Shown here: piece after piece, positions 26,024 to 38,476 of the stretch
Layout of the letters: each line of letters begins with the position of its first letter
How positions within the stretch are numbered: position 1 is the first letter of the stretch
Assembly: GCF_006345805.1 (NCBI RefSeq)
Contig: NW_021833070.1
Location: 1-64,000 of the forward strand
From: Octopus sinensis
Taxonomy: Eukaryota
DNA length: 64,000 nucleotides
Reading direction: 5' to 3'
The notes under the pieces: generated by a model
What the model was told of the DNA's origin: nothing
What the model saw: the letters and a program-made list of their open reading frames with translations, nothing else
Database searches by the model: none
Translations under genes and position numbers: made by a program

Positions 26024-26698
26024 TGCACTGAATAACTAGAGGTGAATAACAACGAGCAGGAGGAATACTGTCCTTAACATATCAGAAACGATTCTAATTT
26101 GACCTAGTTAGATCACGTTCACCTTCAGTACAGTTAGAGGCACGCTTGTTGACTTAGTCACGTTGTTTATATATTTGTATTAATTTGGGTATAATCCGAC
26201 GAAAATATTTCTAACAAAACTGAAAATACTTCTAACAAAAAGTATTTAACATATGATATTAATTAATTATATATATTCTTTTATTCTTTTATTCTTTTAC
26301 TTGTTTCAGTCATTTGACTGCAGCCATGCTGGAGCACCGCCTTTAGTAGAGCAAATCGACCCCAGGCCTTATTCTTTGGAAGCCTAGTACTTATTCTATC
26401 GATCTCTTTTTGCTGAACAGCTAAGTTACGGGGATATAAACACACCACCATCGACAGGCTTCTTTCAGTTTCCATCTACCAAATTCACTCACAAGGCTTT
26501 GGTCGGCCCGAGGCTATAGTAGAAGACACTTGCCCAAGGTGCCATGCATTGGGAGTGAACACGGAACCATGTGGTTGGTAACCATGCTACTTACCACACA
26601 ACCACTCCTGCACCTATATGAATTAATTATACATGTATCAATTAATTATATATGAATACTAGTCAAATTTTGAGGTCATTTTAATTCGACCATTCTTT
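26024..26698 (+). repeat. Local repeat R copy 3, interrupted by S1
   Basis: Core TGACCTAGTTAGATCA (26100-26115); ends TTTTAATTCGACCATTC like copy 1. Confidence 0.75.
26281..26615 (-). mobile_element. SINE S1 lacking the internal microsatellite
   Basis: Reverse complement of S1, deletion at CCACCATCG/ACAGGCTTC. Confidence 0.85.
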
Positions 26699-26736
26699 TT
26701 CACTTCTGTTACAAATCATTATTTTATAAAACACTA

Positions 26737-27093
26737 AGGCGGCGAGCTGGCAGGAACGGTAGCACGCCGGGAGAATTGCTTAGAGGTATTTCGTCTGCCC
26801 TTACGTTCTGAGTTCAAAATCCGCCGAGGTTGACTTTGCCTTTCATCCTTTCGGGGTCGATATATTAAGTACCAGTTACGCACTGGGGTCGATGTAATCG
26901 ACTTAATCCGTTTGTCTGTCCTTGTTTGTCCCCTCTGTGTTTAGCCCCTTGTGGGTAGTAAAGAAATAGGTATTTCGTCTACCGCTACGTTCTGAGTTCA
27001 ATTCTGCCGAGGTTGACTTTTGCCTTTCATCCTTTCGGGGTCGATAAATCCCCCAAAATTTCAAGATCTTGTGCCTTCACTAGAAAGGATTAT
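26737..27093 (+). mobile_element. SINE S2 dimer
   Basis: Second unit restarts at GGTATTTCGTC after tail AAAGAAATA. Confidence 0.85.
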
Positions 27094-27996
27094 TTTATAA
27101 AACGCTGTAAATTCCTTGTAAGAATTTCTTTCTTCCACTCTCACTTTCTTTTTTCTTTCTTTTTTCTTTCTTTTTTTCTTTCTTTCATTCATTTCATTTC
27201 AGAACTTTATGAGCGCTAATAGTATTCCCATTAAGATTAACCGGCCGCCATCTTGAGCATTACGTATTTAAAACTATCCTGTAATAAGCCACTCCCTTTT
27301 CGAATATGGAATACAAGTAATTTGAGTGCCACTTGGCTGCTGTTCCTAGCACATCGAGAGACACACATAAAGCACCTTCGAAGGAGAACGTCTCAGAATT
27401 ATTTAATCTCGAATCAATTCTATTTTCCTAAGCTATCGTATTTGTAGACATAAACATATGCATACATATACATGTATACACACACACACATACACACACA
27501 CACACACACACAGACCACACACACACACACACTCACACACGCATTTATCCATCTACATACACGACGCAGGTTTTCACAAAGTTCTGCATCATTAATATGA
27601 CCAGGACAACAAGTAAAACAGATGCGATGAAAAAGGGCAATATTTTGCTGAAAACCAATTGTGTTGGTATTTACTTTTAATTATTCTCTCTTCTGTTAAC
27701 ATTTGGTACACCTGAATAAATGATAGCCATGTTTTGCTTCCGTTAATAAGAAATTTGATTGGAATATCTAATAGATTTCTATAATGGCTATATCGCTCTG
27801 GCTGTGTTATTAGTAACTAGCCTATACTTTGCCGTCGACTGTTCTGTTTTCCTACCTTAATAGCTTCCTTTTGTAGGAAAGAAAAAAAATAACACCTAGT
27901 ATTCATGATACGATAAATACTTTCACTTTCGTGTGGCCCTGAACTCGAAGAAGCGCCGAAATGTCTTGTTTTCAAACATTCTGACTTCATTTATCC

Positions 27997-28376
27997 TTAT
28001 TTCTTTACTGCCCACAAGGGGGCTACACACAGAGGCGACAAACAAGAACAGACAAACGGAAGGATTAAAGGCAAAGTCGACCTCGGCGAAATTTGAACTC
28101 AGAAGAAATACCGCAATTTCGCCCGGTGTGCTAACGTTTCTTATTTCTTTATTGCCCACAAGGGGCTAAACATAGAGGGGACAAACGAGGACAGACAAAC
28201 GAATTAAGTCGATTATATCGACCCCCCAGTGCGTAACTGGTACTTATTTAATCGACCCCGAAAGGATGAAAGGCAAAGTCGACCCCAGCGGAACTTGAAC
28301 TCAGAACATAACAGCAGACAAAATACTGCTAAGCATTTCGCCCGGCGTGCTAACGTTTCTGCCAGCTCCTCGCCTT
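27997..28376 (-). mobile_element. SINE S2 dimer
   Basis: Two reverse-complement subunits. Confidence 0.85.
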
Positions 28377-28555
28377 CATTTATCCTTGCAACGTTATTCT
28401 CTTCTTCGTTTATCAATATAAGGGCAATTGGAGTTCTGCAGTCCCTTCGTAATTCTGTACTTTAGGGTTCGTTCTACTCATCACCATTGTATTTATGTAT
28501 GTATTGTGCGCGTTTGTGTGTGTTTGTGTTTGTTTGTGTGGGCAAAAAATGAGCT

Positions 28556-28740
28556 GTACCCGTATTTCAAGAGCTAGCCTTGTCACACCCTGTGTGTGTC
28601 ACACTGAATCTCCCAGAGACCTACATTCAAGGTACGTGTGTCTATGGAGTACTCAGCCACTAACACGCTAATTTCACATGCAGGCTGTTTTATTGATCGG
28701 TTTAACTAAATCTCGCGTCGTCGTAACAGACGGAGTGCCA
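28556..28740 (+). mobile_element. SINE S3 3' fragment
   Basis: GTCACACTGAATCTCCCAGAGACCTAC..CGTCGTAACAGACGGAGTGCC. Confidence 0.75.
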
Positions 28741-28779
28741 ATCATTTTTCTTATCTGTCTGTGTCTATGTATATAGCAG

Positions 28780-29035
28780 TGCACTAAATTCTTGAAATTA
28801 AAAACCACGTGTGAGACCATTGTTGTTATGACAACAGAAACGATCCAAATTTCGACCTAGTTAGGTCATATTAACCTTCAGTACAGTCAAAAGCACGCTT
28901 GTTGTCTTAATCATATTGTTTGTATATCAGCAGAAAGGCGGAAATAACCATCTCATGATGTATACTTAACAACTGTGTATGTTTCTTGTAAATATTATTT
29001 ACCAAACGACAGAAAATAAGAATTACATACGAATA
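28780..29035 (+). repeat. Local repeat R copy 4
   Basis: Core CGACCTAGTTAGGTCA (28853-28868). Confidence 0.75.
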
Positions 29036-29115
29036 CCACTCAAAGGCTGGAGTTTATTTAATAAACCATTCTTTTCCAAAAAAAGTTTTGCCTTGTGCCT
29101 TTGCCGCCAGAGACA

Positions 29116-29553
<438 letters not shown>

Positions 29554-29631
29554 CTAAACATTTTGTCCGGTGTACTCATGATTTTGTCAGCTCGTCGCCT
29601 TCTTTCGCTTTATATTGATAGAATGTGGTGA

Positions 29632-30218
29632 AAGGCGGTACGCTGGCGGAAACGCTAGCACGTCGGGCGAAATGCTTAGCGGTATTTCGTCTGCCGTTAC
29701 GTTCTGAGTTCAAATTCCGCTGAGGTCGACTTTGCCTTTCATCCTTTCGGGGTCGATAAATTAAGTACCAGTTACGCACTGGAGTCGATATAATCGACTT
29801 AATCCCTTTGTCCTTGTTTGTCCCTTCTGTGTTTAGCACCTTGTGGGTGGTAAAGAAATAGGTATTTCGTCTGCCGTTATGTTCAGAGTTCAAATTCCGC
29901 CGAGGTCGACTCTCCCTTTCGTCCTTTCGGGGTCGGTAAATTAAGTATCAGTTACGCACTGGGGTTGATGTAATCGACTTAATCCCTTTGTTTTTCTCTC
30001 TATGTTTAGCCCCTTGTGGGCAATAAAGAAATAAGAAATGTTTGTACGCCGGGCGAAATTGCGGTATTTCGTCTGAGTTCAAACTCCACCGAGGTCGACT
30101 TTGCCTTTCATCCTTCCGGGTTCGATAAATTAAGTAACAGTCGCATACAGGGGTCGATCTAATCGACTGGCTCCTCCCCCAAAATTTCGGGCCTTGTGCC
30201 TTGAGTAGAAAAGAATAT
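29632..30218 (+). mobile_element. SINE S2 trimer
   Basis: Three head-to-tail cores; last unit has the alternative tail CCCCAAAATTTCGGGCCTTGTGCC. Confidence 0.85.
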
Positions 30219-30842
30219 TTTGCTTATATCATTAAGAAAGAAGACGATATATTTTAGTAGTTTAATACATGGATTGCTGTTGTTGTTGTGTTCTGACATC
30301 AGATCAGTACTTCCTGAGTCGGCCTATGAGGAAAAGGCATTCTTGTTATGACCATTCCTCTGACACTTAAAGCTCACACGATGCTGCTCCGTAAAAAAGT
30401 TCTATTTCCCAAACCCCGATATATTTTGCGTCACTTGTTATCATTTATATTTATGTAATGATTCACCACTTCCTCAAATGCACGATGACTATGCTTCGTA
30501 AACGACGTCACAAATTAGACGAAACATTGTCTCCTGTACTTCATAAAAAAAAACGTAAATGTTATCAGTTTTGACTCTGATAATTTATTTTTTAGTTAAT
30601 TATCTACTACTTTGTGTAGTAATTAGCTTAACATTAACTTTCCTACTCACCAAAGGTTAAAATAACGACCAGAGGAATAAAATCTGAAAAGCAAGGCACG
30701 CATCTTATTTTGTTTCGTTTGATTTCTAGTTCTGATGATCCTTAGATCAAAATGTGTTCAGGTGAATATTCAAAAGTAAAGTCACCTAAAGACAACTACA
30801 TTTTGGTCCGAGGACTATACATCTACACGTGTGTGCTGGGGG

Positions 30843-30884
<42 letters not shown>

Positions 30885-30944
30885 TATATATACGAGAAAG
30901 AAGCAACAAGAATGGATTAGTTTTTAGTACAATTGTTTCATACA

Positions 30945-31245
30945 AAGAAGAAAAGAGAGAAGAAAAGAGACAAGGAAAGGGAAAAAGAAAAAAGAAAAAA
31001 GGAAAAAGAAAAAAGAAAAAAGAAAAAAGGAAAAGAAAAAAGAAAAAAGAAAAAAGAAAAAAGAAAAAAGAAAAAAAAAAAAAAAAAAAAAAAAAAGAAA
31101 AAAGGGGAGAAGAAAAGAAAAAAAGAAAAAAGAAAAAAGAAAAAAGAAAAAAGAAAGAGGAAAAAGAAAAAGAAAAAAGGGGAAAGAAAAAAGAAGAAAG
31201 AAAAAGGAGAAAAAAGAAAAATGGGAAAGAAGGGAGAAAAGAAAA
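30945..31245. repeat. A/G low-complexity tract (AAAAAG)n
   Basis: Direct reading; source of K-rich and F-rich ORFs. Confidence 0.95.
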
Positions 31246-32006
31246 AACGCCCACATAGAGTATACTGTGACAACTTTGAGGGAAGGGAGTTCTAAAGTGA
31301 CATACTACACAGAAGAATTTGTAGACTGCCTGGCTGGCTTGAATTTGCAAGAATCCAGGAACTATAAGGAGAATATTATTTTTGACCAGTAAAACAGCTA
31401 TTTATTGCCAACATGACGTAGTTGAAAGCAGATATGAATCTAAAGAGATAACAAGGTCAGGGGTAGAGGGGTCAAAGGCTATCATCAAAAGGAAATACAT
31501 TAAGAGAAAGAATATCTAAGTGCAATCTTAACAAGAGGTCATTTAAATTTATTTGTTTATTTATTTCTGTTACTGTCTTAAATTGTTGCCGTTACTATTT
31601 ATACATTGACAGACTACAGGTCAAAACTTAGAAGATTAATTTACAAGGTGTGATGGAATTGTCTATTATTTTGAAATTTCTCATACTACTTTTCAAGGGA
31701 GTAGCCTTACTTATTTAATTTTGTAAAAAAATTTATGAAGCCTAAGTAACTTATTTTATTAAAGTTGTGTTACCTAAATTAGATTAAATTCAAAATTCAA
31801 AATTAAAATTAAATAAAACTTCATTTAAGCAAAGTACAAGTACTATTTATTTCCTTGTGCTCAAAATCAGGTGCAGTTATAAAGAAAAAAATAACTATAG
31901 TGTGAGAACTCGCATTTATCTACTTAAAATTTAAAGTAATGCTATACTAGTAAAAACCCAGCTATATCTATCTATCTATCTTGTTACGATTATTCTATAC
32001 AGTTAT

Positions 32007-33178
32007 TCATTTAAAATATTTTAGAGTCTTCAATTTAGCGTGGACACAAACTTGTCCTACTTCAATATGGTTATTTAACAAACCTCTATTTTTTCTATGC
32101 CTTAGAATTTCATAGGTCTCCATGGAGCAGAGTTGGCAACCAACCCTGTTATTTTTATACGGCATTGCTCTCCTAACTATTTCCCAATTTAGGTTATAAT
32201 TCCTGTTATTATTTTTGAGTTCCCAGATCTTACTTGAAAGTGTGGTGGTACCAGTTTTATGACGTAATTTAAAAGATGAGACGTGATTTCTAACTCTGTC
32301 TTTAAAATTTATCGTACAACCAATGTAAAAAAAATTGTTATTCTCAGTAGATATGGTACATTTATAGATTACGTTATTTTCCCCGCATAGACCAGGTGCC
32401 GGGCATTTTGACTTAATTCTACACTTACACGCAGGAGGAACAACTTCAGATGTTGGATTATTCATGGGTAGATGTCTTATGTTCCTGTTATTTTGATTAT
32501 CATGATTATCATGAGTATAATTATCTTTATTATTATTATTATTATTTTTATAGTTGGTGCTGCTATCTAAAGCATTGTTATTATTTATTGATCCTTCTGC
32601 TCCATCTTTTAGGTCTAAAGTCCTACCTTGATTATTTACATTATTGGTAATGTTACTATTATTGTTAGTATTATTATCAAACTGTATATTGTTGCTATAG
32701 ATATCACTGATATTTTCATTCTCTGTATTTTCTCTATTAGCCTTACTTCTATTATTAACATTATTACTTCTATTAATATCGATATTATTATTACTCTTAT
32801 TACTGTTAATATTATTAGTCATTCTGTGGTTACTGATTCCATCCATGTTTTGATAGTTACTATTGTTGCGTTTATTGTTGGTAGTATTATTATAATTGTT
32901 ATTGGTATTCATGTTGGTATTATTATTTTCATTTTTATCTTTCCTGGCTAGTTTAATGTTGTTATTATTGATCTTAGCTATTAAAGTGGACATATTTGGG
33001 AGGGTTGAATAAGAAATCCTAACTGTTTTCTTAGAAATAATTCTATGATATCTATGAGAGATTGGGAAATTTTTTTCTAGAATTACTTTGAATTTGCTCT
33101 GTATATCCGATTGAATCGTACAGTTCAAAGGAATATTCAGCCATATTATATCTTTCTTATTAAATTTCCTTGAATTAT

Positions 33179-33179
<1 letters not shown>
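32007..33179 (-). CDS. Penelope-like element (Neptune-type) ORF 3' part: post-RT region, Asn-rich linker, Zn-finger and GIY-YIG endonuclease; 390 open codons
   Basis: IIWLNIPL..NFPISHRYHRII..RISYSTLPNM; CKCR..CP..LC; VIY..FYIG.T.NFKDR..H; LSSKIWELK..WEI; CQLC..E..LLN; C.H. The first 81 aa of the listed ORF are unrelated repeat sequence. Confidence 0.9.
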
Positions 33180-33244
<65 letters not shown>

Positions 33245-33420
33245 TGATCGCTAAATCCACAATTTTTTTTTTAATCTCTCTGTTTATTTCTTCGTGATCC
33301 TTTCTGCTGAAGAGCGTAGGCTCGAAAGTAAAAGATTTTCTCACTTTCCTGAGCGTCAAACTAATACACCTGCTTGTTGTGTATACACCTATCTTCGTCT
33401 TTTGTTTTTCTGTAAATTTC
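33245..33420 (+). mobile_element. PLE pseudo-LTR-like segment with hammerhead motif, opposite to the PLE ORF
   Basis: Contains the HHR at 33298-33335; separated from the ORF by (TC)n(TA)n. Confidence 0.6.
33298..33335 (+). ncRNA. Minimal type-I hammerhead motif, core variant CUGCUGA (A6C)
   Basis: TCCTTT-CTGCTGA-A-GAGC(GTAG)GCTC-GAAA-G-TA-AAAGA. Confidence 0.55.
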
Positions 33421-33440
33421 ATCTATATATATATTACAAT

Positions 33441-34542
33441 GAATAATGCGGACACATGGAGGTTAATATTCTTAAGTTATTAAACCTGGAAAAGTACAGG
33501 ACAAGCATATTTATCCTTAAAATATTGCAGCTATAGTTAAAATTTTAAAATATATTTAGTTTTAAAAATTAAAAATAATAGTCTGTTGTGTCTGGGGAGA
33601 GTCATTTTCTTTTGTGCCTTATAATATAACACACTCACTGGTAAAATTTTCACTTATTTCTTATTTTTATTTTACCGCTGAGTGTGTTAAATTGTAAGGC
33701 ACAAAAAGAAAATGACTTTCCCCAGACACAACAGAATATGCTTCAACACACGAACTCATATAAAGAATCTTGCAAACCAAATCCAAAAACGTAATAAAAA
33801 TAATAGCTTTTATTAGCTACTCTATAATTAAGGAATTAACTCAAATAATAAAGTTAAGGCTGTTAAACATTTTAAAAAAATTTAAGTAGCCTCATTTTTA
33901 AGAACTACTAAGAGTTCTTATGTAGTATTCAATTGAAATTCCGTTTTTGTTCATCTTTCTGATAAAAACTGGCAGACTATATAATTCATTGATAAAGATA
34001 CCACAAAGCTGGTCTTCTGGAAATTTCAAAAAAGGAAAGTTCAATTGATACATTTATGGTAGGGTTGAGGCTTAGGGGAGGGTACAGTGATATTTTCCCG
34101 GAGAGTGGGGAACTCTCCCTAATTAAATGTTTTAATTGGTGGGTAGTATACCATATAAAAAAATTCTTCTTGGCTAGGGGCTACTTAGCCCATATGCTAT
34201 GAAATGTCCTGGGAGGTAAATCCCTCAATATACCCACTCCGTACAGATATGGGAATATTTAAAAACTGGTAATCGAAAAAACATTTTTAATGCGGCCATT
34301 GAATTTTTTAAAAATTTTTGCTACCAGTTAGCCTTCAATTTATTATTTGAGTTAATTTTTTAATTATATAGTAGCTAATAAAAGCTATTATTTTTAGTTT
34401 TAAAATCTAAATATATTTTTAAATTTCAACTATAGCTGCAATATTATGCTTGTCCTGTACTTTTCCGGGTTTAATAACTTGTCCACTACTTTTCCAGGTT
34501 TAATAACTTATGAGTATTAACCTCCACGTGTCCGCATTTTTC
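33441..34542. mobile_element. 1.1-kb fold-back element with long imperfect TIRs
   Basis: GAATAATGCGGACACATGGAGGTTAATA.. is the reverse complement of ..TATTAACCTCCACGTGTCCGCATTTTTC; arms over 200 bp, left arm interrupted. Confidence 0.8.
33582..33794 (+). mobile_element. Hairpin element with PLE-type distal tail and 12-bp TSD
   Basis: Arms 33582-33647 and 33669-33735; TSD TAAAAATAATAG at 33570-33581 and 33795-33806; tail shared with 40367-40430 and 46714-46770. Confidence 0.8.
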
Positions 34543-34829
34543 AACATAATCCTAGGAAATGCAATTAAACTAATAAATAGTGAGAATTAATAATAATTCA
34601 TAATTTTACCTGTTTAAAATTTTTCATTTTAGTACTTTTGTTATATAATTTTTCAATTATTTTTCATGTTTGATGATTGAAGTAAAATAAGAATAGGTAT
34701 TAATCTAAATAAATAAAAAATGAATTCTAAGAGTACTTCAGTTACACTGGCTCACAATAAAATCGAAAATTCAGTGAAAAGAGAAATATAGAAGAAATCA
34801 TACTGTGTCGCAAGGGAGAAAACTGTGTA

Positions 34830-35227
34830 TATTTTATATATAAAAGAGAGGTTGGGTGCTGTCTGTCTCCTACGATTTAGATTCCTAACTACTCCCACAT
34901 TTTGCAGTGCAGTTTAACCAAAAGCGGGTATCTTATAGTCGTGATTCATATCGAGCCCTTCTGGGTATTAGCGCGCGTCTACGATGAGTCTACGATAAAA
35001 AAAAATTTACCATCAATTTTTCTCATTTTTAATGCATTTTTGGCATATATAAGGGAAGTAACTCTCTAAAAATTTATTATTAAATCTCAGAACGTAAAAA
35101 GCTACAGTAACACCCCCCCCCCTTTGTGGTTAGCCATATTGAGATGGCTATTATACTTTACATCTCTAAAAATGCTTATATAGTTATTTCCCTTACAAAC
35201 CCGAGCAACGCCGGGCGATACTGCTAG
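34830..35227 (+). mobile_element. Non-autonomous Helitron
   Basis: 3' CCCGAGCAACGCCGGG hairpin then CTAG|T; about 95% similar to 60139-60531 in reverse. Confidence 0.85.
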
Positions 35228-36790
35228 TTTTATATAATATAGTAGTATAGTTTTAGGCCTAGTGTCACTTTTTCTTTGTCGCCTTTTTTTTTTGTCACAC
35301 CTTTTCTTCTACAAAATTTCTACAAATTTTATTGCATAAAATTAGCATTTTTAGATTCCTTTCGTTTTGATTTATCATTTGAGCTTAAATAAAATATAGA
35401 TTACTTTTAAATTGAGAACGTTTTTTGAAGTCAAAGTCGACTGAAGGTGATACCAGCACTTTTAGCTTCACAACTTCTTTAGAAGTTTCTTTTCATAAAA
35501 TATTCTTTTCATAAAATTGACATTTTTAGATTTCTCCCTTTTCATTCTATCATTTAAGCTTAAATAAAATATAGCTTGCTTTGAAATAAGAAAGTTACCT
35601 TGATTCAAAGTCAATTTTTCGCCTTACTCTCCCCTTTTGGACCTCGCATATTTTAATGTAACTTTTTGTCCACAAACCAAATTTCAATATTTTTATGCCA
35701 AAATGCAGCTTGGGAGGTGACTATTATAGAACTGTTGACAGTTTTGAATTGTTGACAGTTTTGAATTGTTGACTGTTTTGGTTGAGAAATGAGTTAGTGA
35801 CAAAGCTTTGAAGAGGCTGCGAGTGAGTAAATGTCGGCTTTGGTTGAATGATATATATATATATGAGACTGAATGACATATATATGAGAAAGAAGGATAA
35901 GCACTAGCTTATAGTTCCTACGCGTGTTTTACCATTATCGGTGCTTGGAGCCCAGTGTTCCAATGCATTTAGACGCTTGGCAGTTGTCCATGTATGCAAG
36001 TCTCTTCCCTCTATATCAATCAAAAAAAGTTGCCACCTTCGGTTAATATAGCCCGGTACCAGTTATCGCAGATATTGCTGTCAGAAAGCTAAATAAAAAA
36101 AAAAAGCAGATGCCAGAAGATATCTTTTTGACCTTCTAACACTCTATTGTTGTTCGGTGTTATTTACTATCGATCCAAAGAATATAAAGTAAAGGTGACC
36201 TTACTGAGATTTGAACTCAAAGAGTAGGGAGTCATAACAAATACCTCAAGTAATGCTTTTCAACGATAAAATGCCTTTACCAGTTTGCGGCCTTGCTCAA
36301 ATCAGCATCATTATGAATACTTTGATTCGAAAAATGATGGTAATGTTTTACTATTTACCATCTACTAGCATACATTCTACGGCTTTTCTGATATTTAGCA
36401 ATCCTCCGCTTATAAAACCTCTGATACAGATTCTTGTTGATGGGTTATGGTTTTATTTAACCTGACACAAAAATGTCTTTCTATCATCCTTCTCTCCTTT
36501 TCACATACTCAGCTCCTTCGTACAAATAGTCCGCCTATATTCTCACATTTTTCAGTTATTCCAATTTATTCGTGGCTCGAAATAGTAATTATGATACCTG
36601 ACCCGACTGTCTTAAATCATTCATCAGTTTGAAGCGAATTATGTATAACAAAACCGAGGAGATTAGTGATGTTTTGCGTCAGCAAATAATAGCCGACAAA
36701 ATGCGGCTTAATTTGTCACGAGGACGAGGAGATATCTGACTCTGCAAGCACGCCTCCTTCATAAAAAAAATTACTAGCAATACTAAATAA

Positions 36791-36993
36791 TTGTTTCAAA
36801 TTTTGGTACAATGTCAGCAATGTCGGAGGAGGTGGTAAGTCGATTACCTCGATCCTTGTGTACAACTGGTACTTATTTTATCGACCCAGAAATGATGAAA
36901 GGCAAAGTCGAGCTCGGCGGATATTGAACTCGGAACGTAAAGACGGACGAAGTTCCGCTCAGCATTTTTCCTGGCGTGCTAAAGATTCTGTTA
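36791..36993 (-). mobile_element. Diverged S2-type SINE
   Basis: Reverse complement of the S2 core. Confidence 0.7.
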
Positions 36994-37033
36994 CCTCGCT
37001 ACCATAACAACAATAATAATAATAATAATAATA

Positions 37034-37255
37034 ATAGTTTCAAATTTTGCCACAATTTCAGCAATTTTGGGGGAGGGTATAAGTCGATTACATCGATCCC
37101 AGTATTCAACTGGTACTTATCTTATTTTATCGACCCTGAACGAATGAAAAACAAAGTCGACTTCGGTAGAATTTGAAACTATAACTTAGTGACGAGCGAA
37201 ATACTGTTAACCATTTCGTCTAACGCGCTAACGATTCTACCAGTTCGCTGCCTTA
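37034..37255 (-). mobile_element. Diverged S2-type SINE
   Basis: Reverse complement of the S2 core; tandem with the previous copy across (AAT)n. Confidence 0.7.
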
Positions 37256-37453
37256 GCAATATTAAATAATACAGTAATACCTCACCATATCGCCGTTCAT
37301 CTATCATGGTTCACCTATCGCGGTTTATTATTTAAGCATACGTCGATTCCAGTACTGTTTCTACTTCGCAGATTTTTACCTAACACGTGGAGTTCTGGAA
37401 TGTAACACACGCGATAGTCCAAGAATTATTGTAATAAGCAATTCATATATCTA

Positions 37454-37878
37454 GGTGTAGGAGTGGCTGTGTGGTAAGTAGCTTGCTTATCAACCACATT
37501 GTTCCGGGTTCAGTCCCACTGCGTGGCACCTTGGGCGAGTATCTTCTACTATAGACTCGGGCCAACCAAAGCCTTGTGAGTGGATTTGGTAGACGGAAAC
37601 TGAAAGAAGCCCGTCGTATATATGTATATATATTTGTATGTGTTTGCGTATATGTTTATGTGTCTGTGTCTGCCCCCCCCTCAACATCGCTTGACAACCG
37701 ATGCTGGTGTGTTTACGTCCCCGTAACTTAGCGGTTCGGCAAAAGAGACCGATAGAATAAGTACTAGGCTTACAAAAAATAAGTCCTGGGGTCGATTTGC
37801 TTGACTAAAGGCGGTGCTCCAGCATGGCCGCAGTCAAATGACTGAAACAAGTAAAAGAGTAAAAGAGTAAAAAGAGAG
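37454..37878 (+). mobile_element. SINE S1, full length
   Basis: Matches the S1 consensus. Confidence 0.9.
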
Positions 37879-37991
37879 AGTATATGTGTTGGAGCAGGAA
37901 AAGAGAAAGAAAGAATTGGTTAATTGGTGTATATATTTTTTGTTCTTTTCGTGTGGGTAGCTAAAGACAATACTGGACTATTATTTAACAT

Positions 37992-38307
37992 GTGGAGGCG
38001 CAATTGCCCAGTGGTTAGGGCAGCAGATTCGCGCTTGTGGGATCGTTCTTTCGATTGTCAGACCGGGCGTTGTGAGTGTTTATTGAGAGAAAACACCTAA
38101 AGCTCCACGAGACTCCAGCAGGGGATGGTGGCGGCGAACCCTGCTGTACTCTTTCACCACAACTTTCTCTCACTCTTACTTCCTGTTTCTGTTTTACCTA
38201 TATTTCAAAGGGCCGGCCTTGTCGCACACTGTGTCACGCTGAATCTCCCTGAGAATTACGTTAAGGGTAAACCTGTCTGGAGTGCTCAGCCACTTGCACG
38301 TTAATTT
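37992..38307 (+). mobile_element. SINE S3, 3'-truncated
   Basis: Matches 59270-59658. Confidence 0.85.
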
Positions 38308-38476
38308 TAAGCGCATAAATTACTTACATACATATACACACACACGTACATACATACATAGTACAAACATACGTATGCACATGCATGCATACATACACAG
38401 ACACATATACCCACAAACACACATACACACATACATATGTATATATATATGCATACATACATACATAATACCTAGA

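Noticed and set aside
33180-33422. N-terminal 81 aa of the 471-aa ORF
   Set aside because: It is the reverse complement of the hammerhead-bearing segment plus (TA)n(GA)n; read-through is coincidental
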